The notes beneath the pieces were generated by a model that was not told the origin of the DNA, did no database searches, and was given only the letters and a program-made list of their open reading frames with translations. From Roseibacillus sp. (GTDB lineage Bacteria; Verrucomicrobiota; Verrucomicrobiia; Verrucomicrobiales; Akkermansiaceae): 64,000 bases of DNA. Both the position numbers and the translations under genes were made by a program. The DNA lies in assembly GCA_965242925.1 (NCBI GenBank), contig CBDEUM010000014.1, forward strand, positions 288,001 through 352,000, written 5' to 3'. This document shows positions 51,723-62,004 of this stretch, one piece after another (the stretch's first letter is position 1; each line of letters opens with the position of its first letter).

Positions 51723-52341
51723 CCTCTGGTATCTTGGGTTGCGATTTTGGATCGGGTTCTGATTCCGGCCCCTTCGGCCGGACATTAAACCGGTTGGCGG
51801 CTTTGCTGACGCCCTCCGAGACCGCAACCTGAACAGCATCAACAGCGCTGGCAAGCGCCTTTTCTGCCTCCTCACGCTCCTCCTCCCGGAAGCGGCCGAG
51901 CACATGCCCCGTGAGTCGGGAGCCTGGAACACCTCCGATCCCGATCTTGAGCCGGGGGAAATCCCGGGACCCTAACTCGGTAATGAGACTCTGGATTCCG
52001 TTATGTCCACCGGAACCTCCGGTCATGCGGAAGCGCTGCTGCCCCAGCGGAAGGGCCACATCATCATAGACCACCAGGACCTTCTCCGCGGGAATCTTGT
52101 AGAAGCGGGCTGCCCCCGCCACCGCCCGGCCGCTCAGGTTCATGTAGGTCTGTGGCTTGAGGAGAAGAAGCCCCTCAGCGGTCCGGCACACTTCGGCCTG
52201 CCATTTCTTCTCCCGCTGAAAGACAAGACCGGCAGCGGCAGCCAGACCTCCGAGCACCTCGAAGCCCACATTGTGCCTGGTCCCGGCATAGTCCTTACCA
52301 GGATTCCCCAGGCCCACCACCAGTCGCGGAACATCCGACAC
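51667..52341 (-). CDS. pth: peptidyl-tRNA hydrolase
   Basis: LVVGLGNPG, TRHNVGF, KPQTYMNLSG, GGHNG, FPRLKIGIG. Confidence 0.96.
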   Translation of the reverse strand: MSDVPRLVVGLGNPGKDYAGTRHNVGFEVLGGLAAAAGLVFQREKKWQAEVCRTAEGLLLLKPQTYMNLSGRAVAGAARFYKIPAEKVLVVYDDVALPLGQQRFRMTGGSGGHNGIQSLITELGSRDFPRLKIGIGGVPGSRLTGHVLGRFREEEREEAEKALASAVDAVQVAVSEGVSKAANRFNVRPKGPESEPDPKSQPKIPEDEQEIRRPDCSEHEGTGR

Positions 52342-52418
52342 ACACCCTTCATAACGATTCCAGACGGGAATTGCGCCACGAAAATTGGCTCGGGAGACGG
52401 AGAGGACCTCCCGCGGGC

Positions 52419-52450
52419 AAAAAAAACCCGGGGGAGGCCCCCCGGGTTTC
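52419..52450 (-). terminator. intrinsic terminator after rplY
   Basis: Minus-strand GC-rich AAACCCGGGG...CCCCGGGTTT hairpin running into a T8 tract. Confidence 0.75.
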
Positions 52451-52488
52451 GTGCTTTAAACAGATGATCGGTGGAACAGGATACCGGA

Positions 52489-53166
52489 TTAGTCCGAGCC
52501 CTCTTCGCTGGTATCGCCACCTTCCTGTGCAGCGCCCTCCCCGGATTCTTCCCCTTCTTCGCCCTCACCCAATTCGCCCTCATCGGCTGCCTCATCGCTG
52601 AGAGCAATCCGCGTCTTGGCCGCCAGGGCCACCACCACATCCGCACCAAGGGTAGGCGAAACCCCTTCTGTCCACTGCATCCCCCCAACGTGGAGAGCAT
52701 CGCCGACGTCGAGATCGCTCACATCCCCTTCGATCGTCTCAGGAAGATCCTTGGGCAGACACTTGATCTCGATTGTGTAGAGCAGCTGCTCGAGTTGTCC
52801 TCCCAGTTTCACGCCCAGCGCCTCACCGTTCAGGACGACGGGTATCTGGGCTGTGATCTCGGTGGCTTCATTGATGGCCAGGAAATCGGCATGGAGGATG
52901 TTGCCGCTCAGTGGATCGTGCTGAAGATCCTTCACGAAGGCCAGTTGCTGGCCCCCACCATCCAGTTCCAAGTCCACCAGAACATTGGCGGAAGCGCTGG
53001 CGCCAATCATATCCCGGAAATCCTTGGCACTGATCTTGACGTTACGGGTTTCCGAACCACCGCCATAAACCACCGAGGGGATAAATCCTTCCCGGCGCAT
53101 GCGCTTGAGCATGCCGGTGCCGGTGCGCTTGCGATCCTCTGCCTTGAGTGTGTGCGTCTTTGCCAT
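52489..53166 (-). CDS. rplY: 50S ribosomal protein bL25 (TL5/CTC type)
   Basis: RREGFIPSVVYGG, QHDPLSGNILHADF, TL5 C-terminal domain, acidic tail. Confidence 0.95.
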   Translation of the reverse strand: MAKTHTLKAEDRKRTGTGMLKRMRREGFIPSVVYGGGSETRNVKISAKDFRDMIGASASANVLVDLELDGGGQQLAFVKDLQHDPLSGNILHADFLAINEATEITAQIPVVLNGEALGVKLGGQLEQLLYTIEIKCLPKDLPETIEGDVSDLDVGDALHVGGMQWTEGVSPTLGADVVVALAAKTRIALSDEAADEGELGEGEEGEESGEGAAQEGGDTSEEGSD

Positions 53167-53227
53167 GGGTCCGTGGGATTTCTGATGGGGCGGCGGGCTC
53201 GGGCACGCACCGCAGGGGGGCGGCTAG

Positions 53228-54181
53228 CTACACGGATCCGCCCTCGATGTCAAAGAGAGAACTGACGGATTTGCCGTTATGGATTCGCTGGATGGCCTCG
53301 CCCAGGAGCCCCGCAACGGTGAGCGTGCTCACCTTGGCCCGGCAGGCCTCGGGCGGCAGTGGGGTCGAGTCTGTGGTGATCACCTCGTCGATATCGGAAC
53401 TCATGATGCGTTCGCACCCGAGATCCCCCAGCACGGCGTGGGAAACACCGGCAAAAATCCGGCCAGCCCCGTTGCTCTTGAGGGTCTCCGCGGCCGCACA
53501 GAGCGTTCCGGCCGTTTCGGTCATATCATCCACGATGATGGCGTCCCGACCCTCCACTTCCCCGATGAGCTTCATGGGCTCCACCACGGTGGCGGAGATC
53601 CGCTGCTTGGCCACAATGGCCAATTCGGCCCCGAGGGCATTTGCGTAACTGCGGGCAATCTTGACTCCCCCGACGTCGGGAGAGACCACCGTGATTTCGC
53701 GGTCCGAACCATTCCGCTGCTGGCGCAGGTGCTTGAGAAGAACCGGCTTGGCGTAGAGATGGTCGACCGGAATGTCGAAGAAGCCCTGCACCTGGGCGGC
53801 GTGCAGGTCCATGGTGAGCACCCGATCAACTCCCGCTGCTTCGATAAGGTTGGCCACCAGCTTGGCCGTAATGGGAACACGGGGCTTGTCCTTCCGGTCC
53901 TGACGGGCATAGCCAAAGAAGGGGATGACGGCGGTAATGCGCTCCGCACTGGCCCGGCGCACCGCATCCACCATGATGAGGAGCTCCATCAGGTTCTGGT
54001 TGGTGGGCGGGCAGGTGGGCTGGATAAGAAAAACATCCTGGCGACGAACGTTTTCATTAATTCGCACGTAGGTCTCACCATCTGGAAAACTGGTGACTTC
54101 GGCGTCGGCCAAACTGGTTCCGATCTGGTCGGCAATTCCCTGGGCGAGGGAGGGGTGGGCGTTCCCGGTAAGAAGTTTCAT
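53228..54181 (-). CDS. prs: ribose-phosphate pyrophosphokinase
   Basis: FPDGE, PFFGYARQDRK, DLHAAQVQGFFD, VSPDVGG, IVDDMTETAGTL. Confidence 0.96.
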   Translation of the reverse strand: MKLLTGNAHPSLAQGIADQIGTSLADAEVTSFPDGETYVRINENVRRQDVFLIQPTCPPTNQNLMELLIMVDAVRRASAERITAVIPFFGYARQDRKDKPRVPITAKLVANLIEAAGVDRVLTMDLHAAQVQGFFDIPVDHLYAKPVLLKHLRQQRNGSDREITVVSPDVGGVKIARSYANALGAELAIVAKQRISATVVEPMKLIGEVEGRDAIIVDDMTETAGTLCAAAETLKSNGAGRIFAGVSHAVLGDLGCERIMSSDIDEVITTDSTPLPPEACRAKVSTLTVAGLLGEAIQRIHNGKSVSSLFDIEGGSV

Positions 54182-54284
54182 GGCAGGCGGTAGCCAAGGA
54201 TTGGTTATTAGTTTCTGGCCGTGAGGGCGAGGAGAATCGACGGCAGTTCTTGACTCCCGTCAGAATTTCCCATCCCCCAGCGCG

Positions 54285-55712
54285 CTACTTGCTCCCCTTC
54301 CTTCTCAACACCGCAGGAACGGTCTTGAGAAGGATCCTGAGGTCGAGCCCGAGCGACCAGTTGTCGATGTATTCAAGATCCAGGCGCACCCACTCATCAA
54401 AGCTGGTGATCTTGTTGCGGCCGCTCACCTGCCAGAGGCAGGTAATCCCCGGTTTTACACTAAGACGGCGCCGGTGCTCGGACTTGGCAAACTGCTCGAC
54501 TTCATAGAGGGGAAGTGGCCGCGGACCAACCAGACTCATGTCCCCCCGCAGCACATTGAGCAGTTGGGGCAGCTCGTCTATGCTGGTACGCCGCAGAAAG
54601 TTCCCGAATCCGAAAACCCGGGGATCGTTCTCCAACTTGAAGACCGGCCCCGACATCTCGTTACCCTCGGATTCCTTGATGTCGTCAAGTTGGTCTTCCG
54701 CATCCGGGTGCATGGTCCGGAATTTCCACATCGTGAACGGTTTGCCATAACGCCCGGCCCGTTTCTGGCGGAAAAAGACCGGGTCCCTAGGGCTCCCGAT
54801 CTTGATGAAGAGGGCGACCCACCACCAGATGAGAACGATGGAGGCGCCCAGAACGACCGCGGACACCAGGAAATCAATCGCCCCTTTCACCCAGAGGGCC
54901 CAGGACAACTCCGGGGTGGACCGCAGGACCAGCATGGGCTTGCCCCCCATACTGTCAAAGTCGGGACGGGCTACCTGCGTCTGGATGAAATCCGCCGAGA
55001 TCCAGGCCTCCACACCCTGTAACTCGCAGATCTCCACCAATTCAGCCAGTTTTCCAAACTCGGTCTGCCTGGGGGCGAAGATCACCCGGGCGACCGATTC
55101 GCGCTTGAGGAGGCTGGTGAACTCTTCCGGGGTTCCCTCGGACGGTTGGTAGTGGGCCACCACCTTGTATTCGGTCAGGACATCCGAGGGCAGGCTTGCT
55201 TCGAATTCCTTGATGGACTCCTGGGAGCCGACGTAAATGACCGCCTCCTTGGCATCTTCCACACGCACCGAGTGCAGCACGAAGATGCGCACCAGCCTCT
55301 CACGCATCAGGACCAGGCAGATCGCAATGGGGACGGCCGCACCAAGGGTCAGTCGAGGCGTAATGTCTCCCAGCTTGAAGAAGACCACCAGGGCCCCGAC
55401 CACCACCCCCACGATGATGAGGGATTTGGCCATCTGGGTCAGTGAATCCCGGAGGCGCTTGCGCAGGGGATGGCGATAGAAACCGAAGGCCTCCAGCGCG
55501 ATGGGAGTGAGAGGAATGATGACGAAAAGCAACGGCATCATCTCGGTGAGGCCGATCGTATTATCTCCCCGCTTCCAGACCTCCCACTTGTCGAGGATCC
55601 AAAGAAGATCATCGCGTATGGCGGCACTGATCACGAAAGCCGCGTAAACAAGGGTGGCATCGACGAACTGCAATGCCTGCACCGAGAGGGCTTCTTTACG
55701 TCCTTGGGCCAT
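54285..55712 (-). CDS. polyprenyl glycosylphosphotransferase (WcaJ/EpsB-type priming sugar transferase)
   Basis: N-terminal TMs; FRQKRAG, KFRTM, DPRV, SIDELPQLLNVLRGDMSLVGPRP, KPGITCLWQVSGR. Confidence 0.93.
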   Translation of the reverse strand: MAQGRKEALSVQALQFVDATLVYAAFVISAAIRDDLLWILDKWEVWKRGDNTIGLTEMMPLLFVIIPLTPIALEAFGFYRHPLRKRLRDSLTQMAKSLIIVGVVVGALVVFFKLGDITPRLTLGAAVPIAICLVLMRERLVRIFVLHSVRVEDAKEAVIYVGSQESIKEFEASLPSDVLTEYKVVAHYQPSEGTPEEFTSLLKRESVARVIFAPRQTEFGKLAELVEICELQGVEAWISADFIQTQVARPDFDSMGGKPMLVLRSTPELSWALWVKGAIDFLVSAVVLGASIVLIWWWVALFIKIGSPRDPVFFRQKRAGRYGKPFTMWKFRTMHPDAEDQLDDIKESEGNEMSGPVFKLENDPRVFGFGNFLRRTSIDELPQLLNVLRGDMSLVGPRPLPLYEVEQFAKSEHRRRLSVKPGITCLWQVSGRNKITSFDEWVRLDLEYIDNWSLGLDLRILLKTVPAVLRRKGSK

Positions 55713-57730
55713 CAGCGGGTCGTTGGGTCATCCGGTCGGGGAAACCGAATAAGGATGTCGGGCGGAAACGCAGGCCGGATCTTTCCGTCCTGCAATGATT
55801 TAATGTATGATTCAAGAATCCTCCGCCGTTCCCGGAATTCCTGCGGTCGGCTGAAACGGTAGCCGCGGCGGATGGAAAGATCCAGATAATCCTGAGCGCG
55901 GAGGAAGCAGCCGAAAGCCTCTTCCGGTCGGCGGCTATACCAGAGTTGTTTGCCCCGCAGGGCGAGGTGAAGAGAGAGACCGGCATAGGCTCCGAACTTG
56001 CGTTCCCGGCGTCTGGCAACCCGAATCGCCTCCACATGCACCCCGGCAGCTTTGTCGAACTCCCCGAGCAGATCGAGTACGAGGCCAAGCTCAATCAGGC
56101 TGCGCGGATCCTCAGGGTGACGCTTATGAGCCAGGTCCAATCCCCACCGGGCTTCCTCGAGGCGAAAGATATTTTCGGGCCGGTCCGCTTCCGGGGTCTG
56201 TGTATAGGCGCTCAACTGCAGGCGACCGTACATTTCAGCCGCGAAATAGTGCGGTGAATCCTCCACCAGTTTGCGCAGGCGGGGCAATTCTCCGGGATCC
56301 ACTTCGAAGTTGGCCCCCCGTTGCTGTTCCCACTGGATCCATCCCCCCGCATGCAAGCTCTCCTTGCCTACCACAACCACAGCCAGAAAGGATATCACGA
56401 TCACCAGAGTGACGTGTCCGCCTTGGGCAAGGATGGAGCGGGTTGGGGATGCTGCAGGCATGACAAGTCCGATGGCAAGGGATGCCATCATGAGAATAGG
56501 CAGGAGATGGGGTTGAAAATCGAAGGCCGCGTGAAGCATTCCCCCCACCAACCCGGCAGCAGCGCCCACCTGCAGACCACGCTGGAGCGACGGAGGATCC
56601 TCCCCTCTCTGGTGTGATGGAAACAGCGCACCCAGAAGCACGGCGATAAGGAATCCCAGGAGGAGAACCAGCCCGATCAGGCCGTAGTCGCAGAGCACCT
56701 GAAGATATTCGCTGTGGGCCAGCTCGGGATCATCGACCCAGCTGGGGATATCCGTGTCCCAGTGCTGGATGGCGAGATAACGATAGCTCTGGCTCCCGTT
56801 TCCAACCAGTGGCTTTTCCTGCCAGATCTCGAAGGCCACCCCCGCCAGTCCCAGTCGCGAACTTTGACCCAGCAGGTTGCCAAGATCAGATCCCTGATCC
56901 CGCTGTACACTCAGGGAGGAAGTCGCCAGCACCACCGCCCCCACGATCCCGAGAGCAAGAGCTCCGAGAATACTCCAGGCTGCAAGCCGGACCCCCGGAC
57001 TGCGATGGTGGACCCTTGCGATAACAACAAAGGCAACGGCACACCCCAGCCCCCCCACAGTGGCGGCGAACCCGGCCCGTGACTTGGTCAACCAGACCAG
57101 AAGGAGACCGGCCCCTGCCAGGAGCAGGAAGGGAGCCCGCGCCCTCCACCTGGTCGAGCACAGCGCCACTCCAAGGAAGAGGGGCACCATGATAGCCATG
57201 AGTCCCGCCAGGTTATTCCACTGCCAGAAGAGTCCGCTCACTCCTTCTCCGCTCGGGCGCGTCCGTCGGAAGAAGGTAAAGTGGGGATCGAAGAATTCCT
57301 GGTAGATCCCCGCGAGAAACTGTGCCCCAAAGACAACAGTGAGCCCCGAGAGAAGGATTATCCGCTCACGCCGGGTGCCCACACAGGTGGGCACCGTGAC
57401 GATCGTAAGCCAGGCCATGGTGATGAGGTGCAGGTCATGGCGACCCAGATCCCACACTTCCGAGAAAAGAGCCCGCAAGGTGAAGTAGAGCAGCGCTGGC
57501 ACGCCCGCCAGCAGGATCGGCGTCCGCACGACCCGTCCCGTCCGGACCACCTCCGCCAATCCCAGAAGGGCCCCGATCACCACCAACGGCACGGCCACCG
57601 CGCTGCGGTGGAGTTCAAGCCCTCCCGCCAGGAGAATGGCGGTCACCCAGCCCGCAAAAAGAAAAAGCAGAGCGGAAGGCGCCAACCAGTGCACACGCAC
57701 GGATCGGGCTTGGACAGGATGGTCGCTCAT
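55712..57730 (-). CDS. O-antigen ligase-like (Wzy_C) membrane protein with TPR-like C-terminus
   Basis: Multiple TMs, TKSRAG, KPLVGNG, AHSEYLQVLCDYGLIG. Confidence 0.85.
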   Translation of the reverse strand: MSDHPVQARSVRVHWLAPSALLFLFAGWVTAILLAGGLELHRSAVAVPLVVIGALLGLAEVVRTGRVVRTPILLAGVPALLYFTLRALFSEVWDLGRHDLHLITMAWLTIVTVPTCVGTRRERIILLSGLTVVFGAQFLAGIYQEFFDPHFTFFRRTRPSGEGVSGLFWQWNNLAGLMAIMVPLFLGVALCSTRWRARAPFLLLAGAGLLLVWLTKSRAGFAATVGGLGCAVAFVVIARVHHRSPGVRLAAWSILGALALGIVGAVVLATSSLSVQRDQGSDLGNLLGQSSRLGLAGVAFEIWQEKPLVGNGSQSYRYLAIQHWDTDIPSWVDDPELAHSEYLQVLCDYGLIGLVLLLGFLIAVLLGALFPSHQRGEDPPSLQRGLQVGAAAGLVGGMLHAAFDFQPHLLPILMMASLAIGLVMPAASPTRSILAQGGHVTLVIVISFLAVVVVGKESLHAGGWIQWEQQRGANFEVDPGELPRLRKLVEDSPHYFAAEMYGRLQLSAYTQTPEADRPENIFRLEEARWGLDLAHKRHPEDPRSLIELGLVLDLLGEFDKAAGVHVEAIRVARRRERKFGAYAGLSLHLALRGKQLWYSRRPEEAFGCFLRAQDYLDLSIRRGYRFSRPQEFRERRRILESYIKSLQDGKIRPAFPPDILIRFPRPDDPTTR

Positions 57731-57764
57731 GGCGTTAACTTGGAAACCGGCGGAACGGAAACGT

Positions 57765-58688
57765 TCACCCTAAAGCAGTAAACCAGCCCACCAGCAGGAT
57801 CCAGGTGGCAAGTGAAAAGACCAACCCGGGGCTCTTGAGAAGAAGGCGCTCGGGAGTTTCCACTACGGTGGAGCGCCAGGCCAGTCGCAGGTAGCTCATC
57901 AGTCCGGTCAGGGCAGGGAGGGTGGTGAAGACGAAGGGGATGCGGTCGGGACGATTGAGGCAGTAGGCCAGGTAGATGGCTCCGGCAAGGAGGGCGCTGC
58001 ATCCGGTCAGGACGTCGAGGAGATCAGCCGTATAGCCCCGCAGGGCCCGCCGGGTGATCCCCATCTCGCGATGGGTTTTCTCGAGGAGGAGCCACTCCCC
58101 CTTGCGTTTTCCAAAGCCGAGCAGGAGCGCGAGGAAGTAGGTACAGCTCAGGAGCCAGCCGGTAGGATGGGCGGTAAGGTCGAAGCGCTGCAGAGCGTAA
58201 GACCCGGCCGCCACCCGCGCCACGAACCCTGTGGCCAGGACGAGGACATCGAGAAGTGGCAGCCCGCGCAGGTAATACGAGTAGATCCAGGAAAGCAGGT
58301 AGTAACCCGCCAGCAACCCCGTCACGATGCCTCCTCCATAGAACCACCAGGAAGATCCCAGCGCCCCACCGGCCAGAAGGACTATCGCCAGCCAGGCCTG
58401 GCGCACGGAAATCTGACCGCTCGCGATAGGCCGCCTGCACTTGCGGGGATGACGCCGGTCTTCCGCACGATTCACAATGTCATTAGCGAGATAGACCGCG
58501 CTGGAAATCAGGCAGAAGCAGAAAACGATTGGCAGCACCGCCATCCAGGCTGCAAGTTCCAGCATGGACCCGTGAAAGAAAAGGGCTGTCAGGCAGAACC
58601 CGCTCTTGATCCAATGCGACGTCCGCAGAGCCGCCAGCCACTTCCGGACTGGGTCAGCGATCAGGTGTGCTGTCGTTTTCTCTGGCAT
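57765..58688 (-). CDS. UbiA-family prenyltransferase, polyprenyl-phosphate phosphoribosyltransferase-like
   Basis: LR..HWIKS, YLANDIVNRAEDRRHPRKCRRPIASG, GFVARVAAG, GKRKGE. Confidence 0.82.
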   Translation of the reverse strand: MPEKTTAHLIADPVRKWLAALRTSHWIKSGFCLTALFFHGSMLELAAWMAVLPIVFCFCLISSAVYLANDIVNRAEDRRHPRKCRRPIASGQISVRQAWLAIVLLAGGALGSSWWFYGGGIVTGLLAGYYLLSWIYSYYLRGLPLLDVLVLATGFVARVAAGSYALQRFDLTAHPTGWLLSCTYFLALLLGFGKRKGEWLLLEKTHREMGITRRALRGYTADLLDVLTGCSALLAGAIYLAYCLNRPDRIPFVFTTLPALTGLMSYLRLAWRSTVVETPERLLLKSPGLVFSLATWILLVGWFTALG

Positions 58689-58742
58689 CTAACCGAAATT
58701 AAGATAGGCCCTCGCGCCATCCGGGTATCCCTCCCGAACCGG

Positions 58743-60644
58743 TCACCGGCCCGCTCCGGAACCCGCGTACTTCCTCACATCCATGAAATCGGGAAGGGTC
58801 CCGAATCCCACCCAGAGATCCCCCGGGTCATCCCCGCGCTCCCTGTGAAGCTTCTCCCATTTTTCTGCTGTGACAGGCAGACCCCACCAGGGATCCTGGT
58901 CGTAGGGACTCTCCAGTTGCACGAGCTCCCCGGTCTGTCGCATGCGACGTCCCAATTGCTCAAGTGGTTCCCGGTCCCGCCCGGCGATCACCCCTCGATG
59001 CCCCCGCAATTCGTCCGCGTTCCAGTCCTTCTTGCGCCATGGGCTCAGTCGAAAATCGTTGCCTCTGAAATACTTATGTAGCGCGAGCTTTATACTGACC
59101 CCGGTATTAGGTGGGCCTGCCTCTGGCCTCCCGGGAGTCCAGAGGAGAATGCGTTCCCCATGGGACTCCCCCACCACCTGCAGGCGTCCGCGTTCGAGCA
59201 AAGAGAGGAGGGAGTTCCGGTTGGAGCCTTCCGTGGAATTCACCCCTCGCTGCCGTTTGCCCAAAGTGCGTTCGTCGAAGAGAACGAACTCGGCGTCTTT
59301 GATCCGGCGAACCTGCTCTTTCCCGAAGAGGGCGAGATGGAACGTGCCGTAGGACACCAGTCCGCTGCTGAGAATAACTCCCTCCCCCTCAGGCAGACTC
59401 GCAGGATTCACCGTGCTCCAGGCCGCCCAAACCCGCTGGTTGTGATCGACCGTCTCCTCCGCGCCGTCGGCCAGGCGGCCAAAAAACCATCCATAGCCTC
59501 CCATCGGCCAGAAGCCGTCGGTCGAAGGAAAGAGGGTAGACGGGGAGGTGACCAGTGCTCCCTGGCGCCAGTCAGCCATGCGCACGCCCACGATCCAGGG
59601 TCCCATGGTCCCGAGAAGAGTGAGCACGATGGCAAGCTGTCCGGGACGACGCCGACCGATCGCGGACCAGATCTCACGCCCGCGCTCGAAAAAGATGGTC
59701 AGAAGGATCGCGAGGGCCGGGAGGAACAGATGGCGCGGAGTATATAACACGCACCCGTAAAAGATGAGAGGCAGCAGGACGGCAGCGGCCACGAGACAGC
59801 GGTAGAACGACCGCCCACCCGCAAGGGTGGCGGCAAAGACAAGCAGGAGAAGGAGAAGGGCCCCCAGTCCGCCCCCAATGAAAGCGACGAAGGTGGGTAG
59901 AACAAAGAAGGGATCGGGCAGGACCGCGAAACCGTCACTGAGCAGTAATCCCAGGACAACGGCAAAACCAGTGCCCATCAACATGGCCTGCACCCGCCGG
60001 TCTTGAAAGAGCGCCCTCAGGGAGTCCTCACGGACCGTGAAGAACGCCAGCAAAGGCATGAGCAGGAGGGCGTCCTGGCGCGCCGCGGTAGCTGCCCACG
60101 CAAGGAGGCCCACCAGGAAGACCCTCCCCACCGACGGTTGTCCCACGTCTTCCCCATCAGCCCCCCGCCCCGGAGGGGGCCGCAGCATCACCACGAGGAC
60201 GAGGAGAAAGGACGCTGAAATCATGTTGGGCGAGAGGAACATCCCCGAAAAGGACAATACAGGGGTGAACAGCGCGCCGTAGAGGATGGCAACCTGCACC
60301 CCTGTCCATCTTCGCTGCGAACCCACCACCGAGAGCAGGGCAAGAGCGAAAAGGGTGACCGCCAGCAGGTTTCCCTCCCTCACGATGACCATGGATTTCT
60401 CGCCGGACGGGCTGCGCAGCTTGAGCCAGGCCGCCGTCACCCAGTAGGAGAAGTACTGCTTGTCGTAGTTGTAGCTGTCGTTGTCCGAGAGGGCCTTGTC
60501 GCCCACCGCCAACTGCACCGCGCCCCCGAGCAGCGAGGCCTGATCACTCTCGCGCATGACCGGACCGACTGCCCAGATTTCCAGGCAGATCCAGACCACG
60601 GTCACGAGAGACGCCGCAAGGCGCATCTTTCCGGAACGCGTCAT
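58743..60644 (-). CDS. polytopic membrane protein, possible GT-C glycosyltransferase
   Basis: About 10 hydrophobic segments; acidic ESD motif in the first periplasmic loop; soluble C-terminal domain. Confidence 0.55.
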   Translation of the reverse strand: MTRSGKMRLAASLVTVVWICLEIWAVGPVMRESDQASLLGGAVQLAVGDKALSDNDSYNYDKQYFSYWVTAAWLKLRSPSGEKSMVIVREGNLLAVTLFALALLSVVGSQRRWTGVQVAILYGALFTPVLSFSGMFLSPNMISASFLLVLVVMLRPPPGRGADGEDVGQPSVGRVFLVGLLAWAATAARQDALLLMPLLAFFTVREDSLRALFQDRRVQAMLMGTGFAVVLGLLLSDGFAVLPDPFFVLPTFVAFIGGGLGALLLLLLVFAATLAGGRSFYRCLVAAAVLLPLIFYGCVLYTPRHLFLPALAILLTIFFERGREIWSAIGRRRPGQLAIVLTLLGTMGPWIVGVRMADWRQGALVTSPSTLFPSTDGFWPMGGYGWFFGRLADGAEETVDHNQRVWAAWSTVNPASLPEGEGVILSSGLVSYGTFHLALFGKEQVRRIKDAEFVLFDERTLGKRQRGVNSTEGSNRNSLLSLLERGRLQVVGESHGERILLWTPGRPEAGPPNTGVSIKLALHKYFRGNDFRLSPWRKKDWNADELRGHRGVIAGRDREPLEQLGRRMRQTGELVQLESPYDQDPWWGLPVTAEKWEKLHRERGDDPGDLWVGFGTLPDFMDVRKYAGSGAGR

Positions 60645-60646
60645 TC

Positions 60647-61255
60647 CTATTCAGGGGCGAGGGGATTGAGCACGGCGAAGTACTGGAGCTTCCTGCCGAA
60701 GAAAGCATTCACCACGGGCGGGTAAAGATCGATAGAGGTTCGCTCCATCTGCACGGAGAGGGCACACTCCCTGAAGAGGTCGTGCCACCCGCTCACGGTG
60801 GGGTAACGGAAAAGACAGCGCACGCCATAGCCGGCATTGGCGGCCCAGTCGAGGAGGGAAATCCGCGGCCAGGCCAGAAAGGATCCGGTCTTGTGATCCT
60901 TGACGATCACACGCTTGCGCGCCACTCGTCCGGCCTCCTGCAACAGACGACCGGGATTCTCTTCGTGATGGAGAACGTCAGCCAGCAAAACGTTGTCGAT
61001 GGAACCTTTCTCGTAGGGAATGGTCTCTCCGTCGTAGGGATCGACCGGGATGCCGCAGCCCTCCCGCACATTGGTTTCCAGACCGCGGACCTCCAGCCCG
61101 TAGTCGCGGGTAAGCGCAGCACCGAGGGCACCCGCACCACAGCCGATATCGAGGAGTGACTCACCCCGAGGCAGGCACCCCCCGAGGACCTTGAGCAGGA
61201 CCTCCAGGCGCCGCTCGTAAACCGGTGCGTGCAACGTGCGCAAAAGGGCCTTCAT
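60647..61255 (-). CDS. class I SAM-dependent methyltransferase
   Basis: LLDIGCGAG motif I, DVLHH. Confidence 0.9.
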   Translation of the reverse strand: MKALLRTLHAPVYERRLEVLLKVLGGCLPRGESLLDIGCGAGALGAALTRDYGLEVRGLETNVREGCGIPVDPYDGETIPYEKGSIDNVLLADVLHHEENPGRLLQEAGRVARKRVIVKDHKTGSFLAWPRISLLDWAANAGYGVRCLFRYPTVSGWHDLFRECALSVQMERTSIDLYPPVVNAFFGRKLQYFAVLNPLAPE

Positions 61256-62004
61256 TCGGCCTCGGTCGCTCCCAGCGATTTCTGGAACATGGGAGCATAT
61301 TGCTCGATGAAGGAAAAGGCGCGCGACCGAGCCTCTTCGTCAGCATTTGCGATTTCCTCGGGAGTCTTATTCCCCTCAAGGTCGACATGGACCAACACGC
61401 TGGGATACCCCCAGCGGTTGTTGAGGTTCCTGAACATGTTATCCAGGACAGTATAGAGGATGCGCTCGAAGTCAGAAGGGGTCGACCGCTTGGCTCCGAT
61501 CCACCAGTAGATGTAATGGGCGCGCGCGTTGCGGATGGTGCCGTCCTCTTCGCTCACCTTGCGCAGAAGCGTGAAATCCATGACTTTCACATCCTGACCG
61601 GCAACGGAAAGAGTGACCGTTTCCTTCTTCGCGATCCGCCATCCCTGCGCGCGGAGGCAGACCTGGGGGCGGTGGAGACTCCGGCGATCATTCCCACTCA
61701 GAATAAGACTGACCGAGATTCCCTCCTCGCTGGCCTCAACCTCATTCGACGCCGTCGATTTCTTCGGGACATACAGCATCTTCAGGAGGCCCGTATCCTC
61801 GGGCAGCCATTTTTTTTCCTCCATGGAGATTGGCCGCTCGAAACCCAGATAACCAGGAACCTGATCCCTGGCCGGCAGCTCCAGAATCATTCCCGATTCC
61901 GAATTTTCCGCCGCATTCGGAAAGAGCACGCAGACCCCGATCGTGGTGGAGACCAGCAGCAGCACTACCACACTCCGAACAACGGCTTGTCTGATCGTGA
62001 TCAT
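61252..62004 (-). CDS. exosortase-associated EpsI-family protein
   Basis: N-terminal TM, SLHRPQVCLRAQGW, YIYWW; coupled to the exosortase gene. Confidence 0.88.
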   Translation of the reverse strand: MITIRQAVVRSVVVLLLVSTTIGVCVLFPNAAENSESGMILELPARDQVPGYLGFERPISMEEKKWLPEDTGLLKMLYVPKKSTASNEVEASEEGISVSLILSGNDRRSLHRPQVCLRAQGWRIAKKETVTLSVAGQDVKVMDFTLLRKVSEEDGTIRNARAHYIYWWIGAKRSTPSDFERILYTVLDNMFRNLNNRWGYPSVLVHVDLEGNKTPEEIANADEEARSRAFSFIEQYAPMFQKSLGATEAE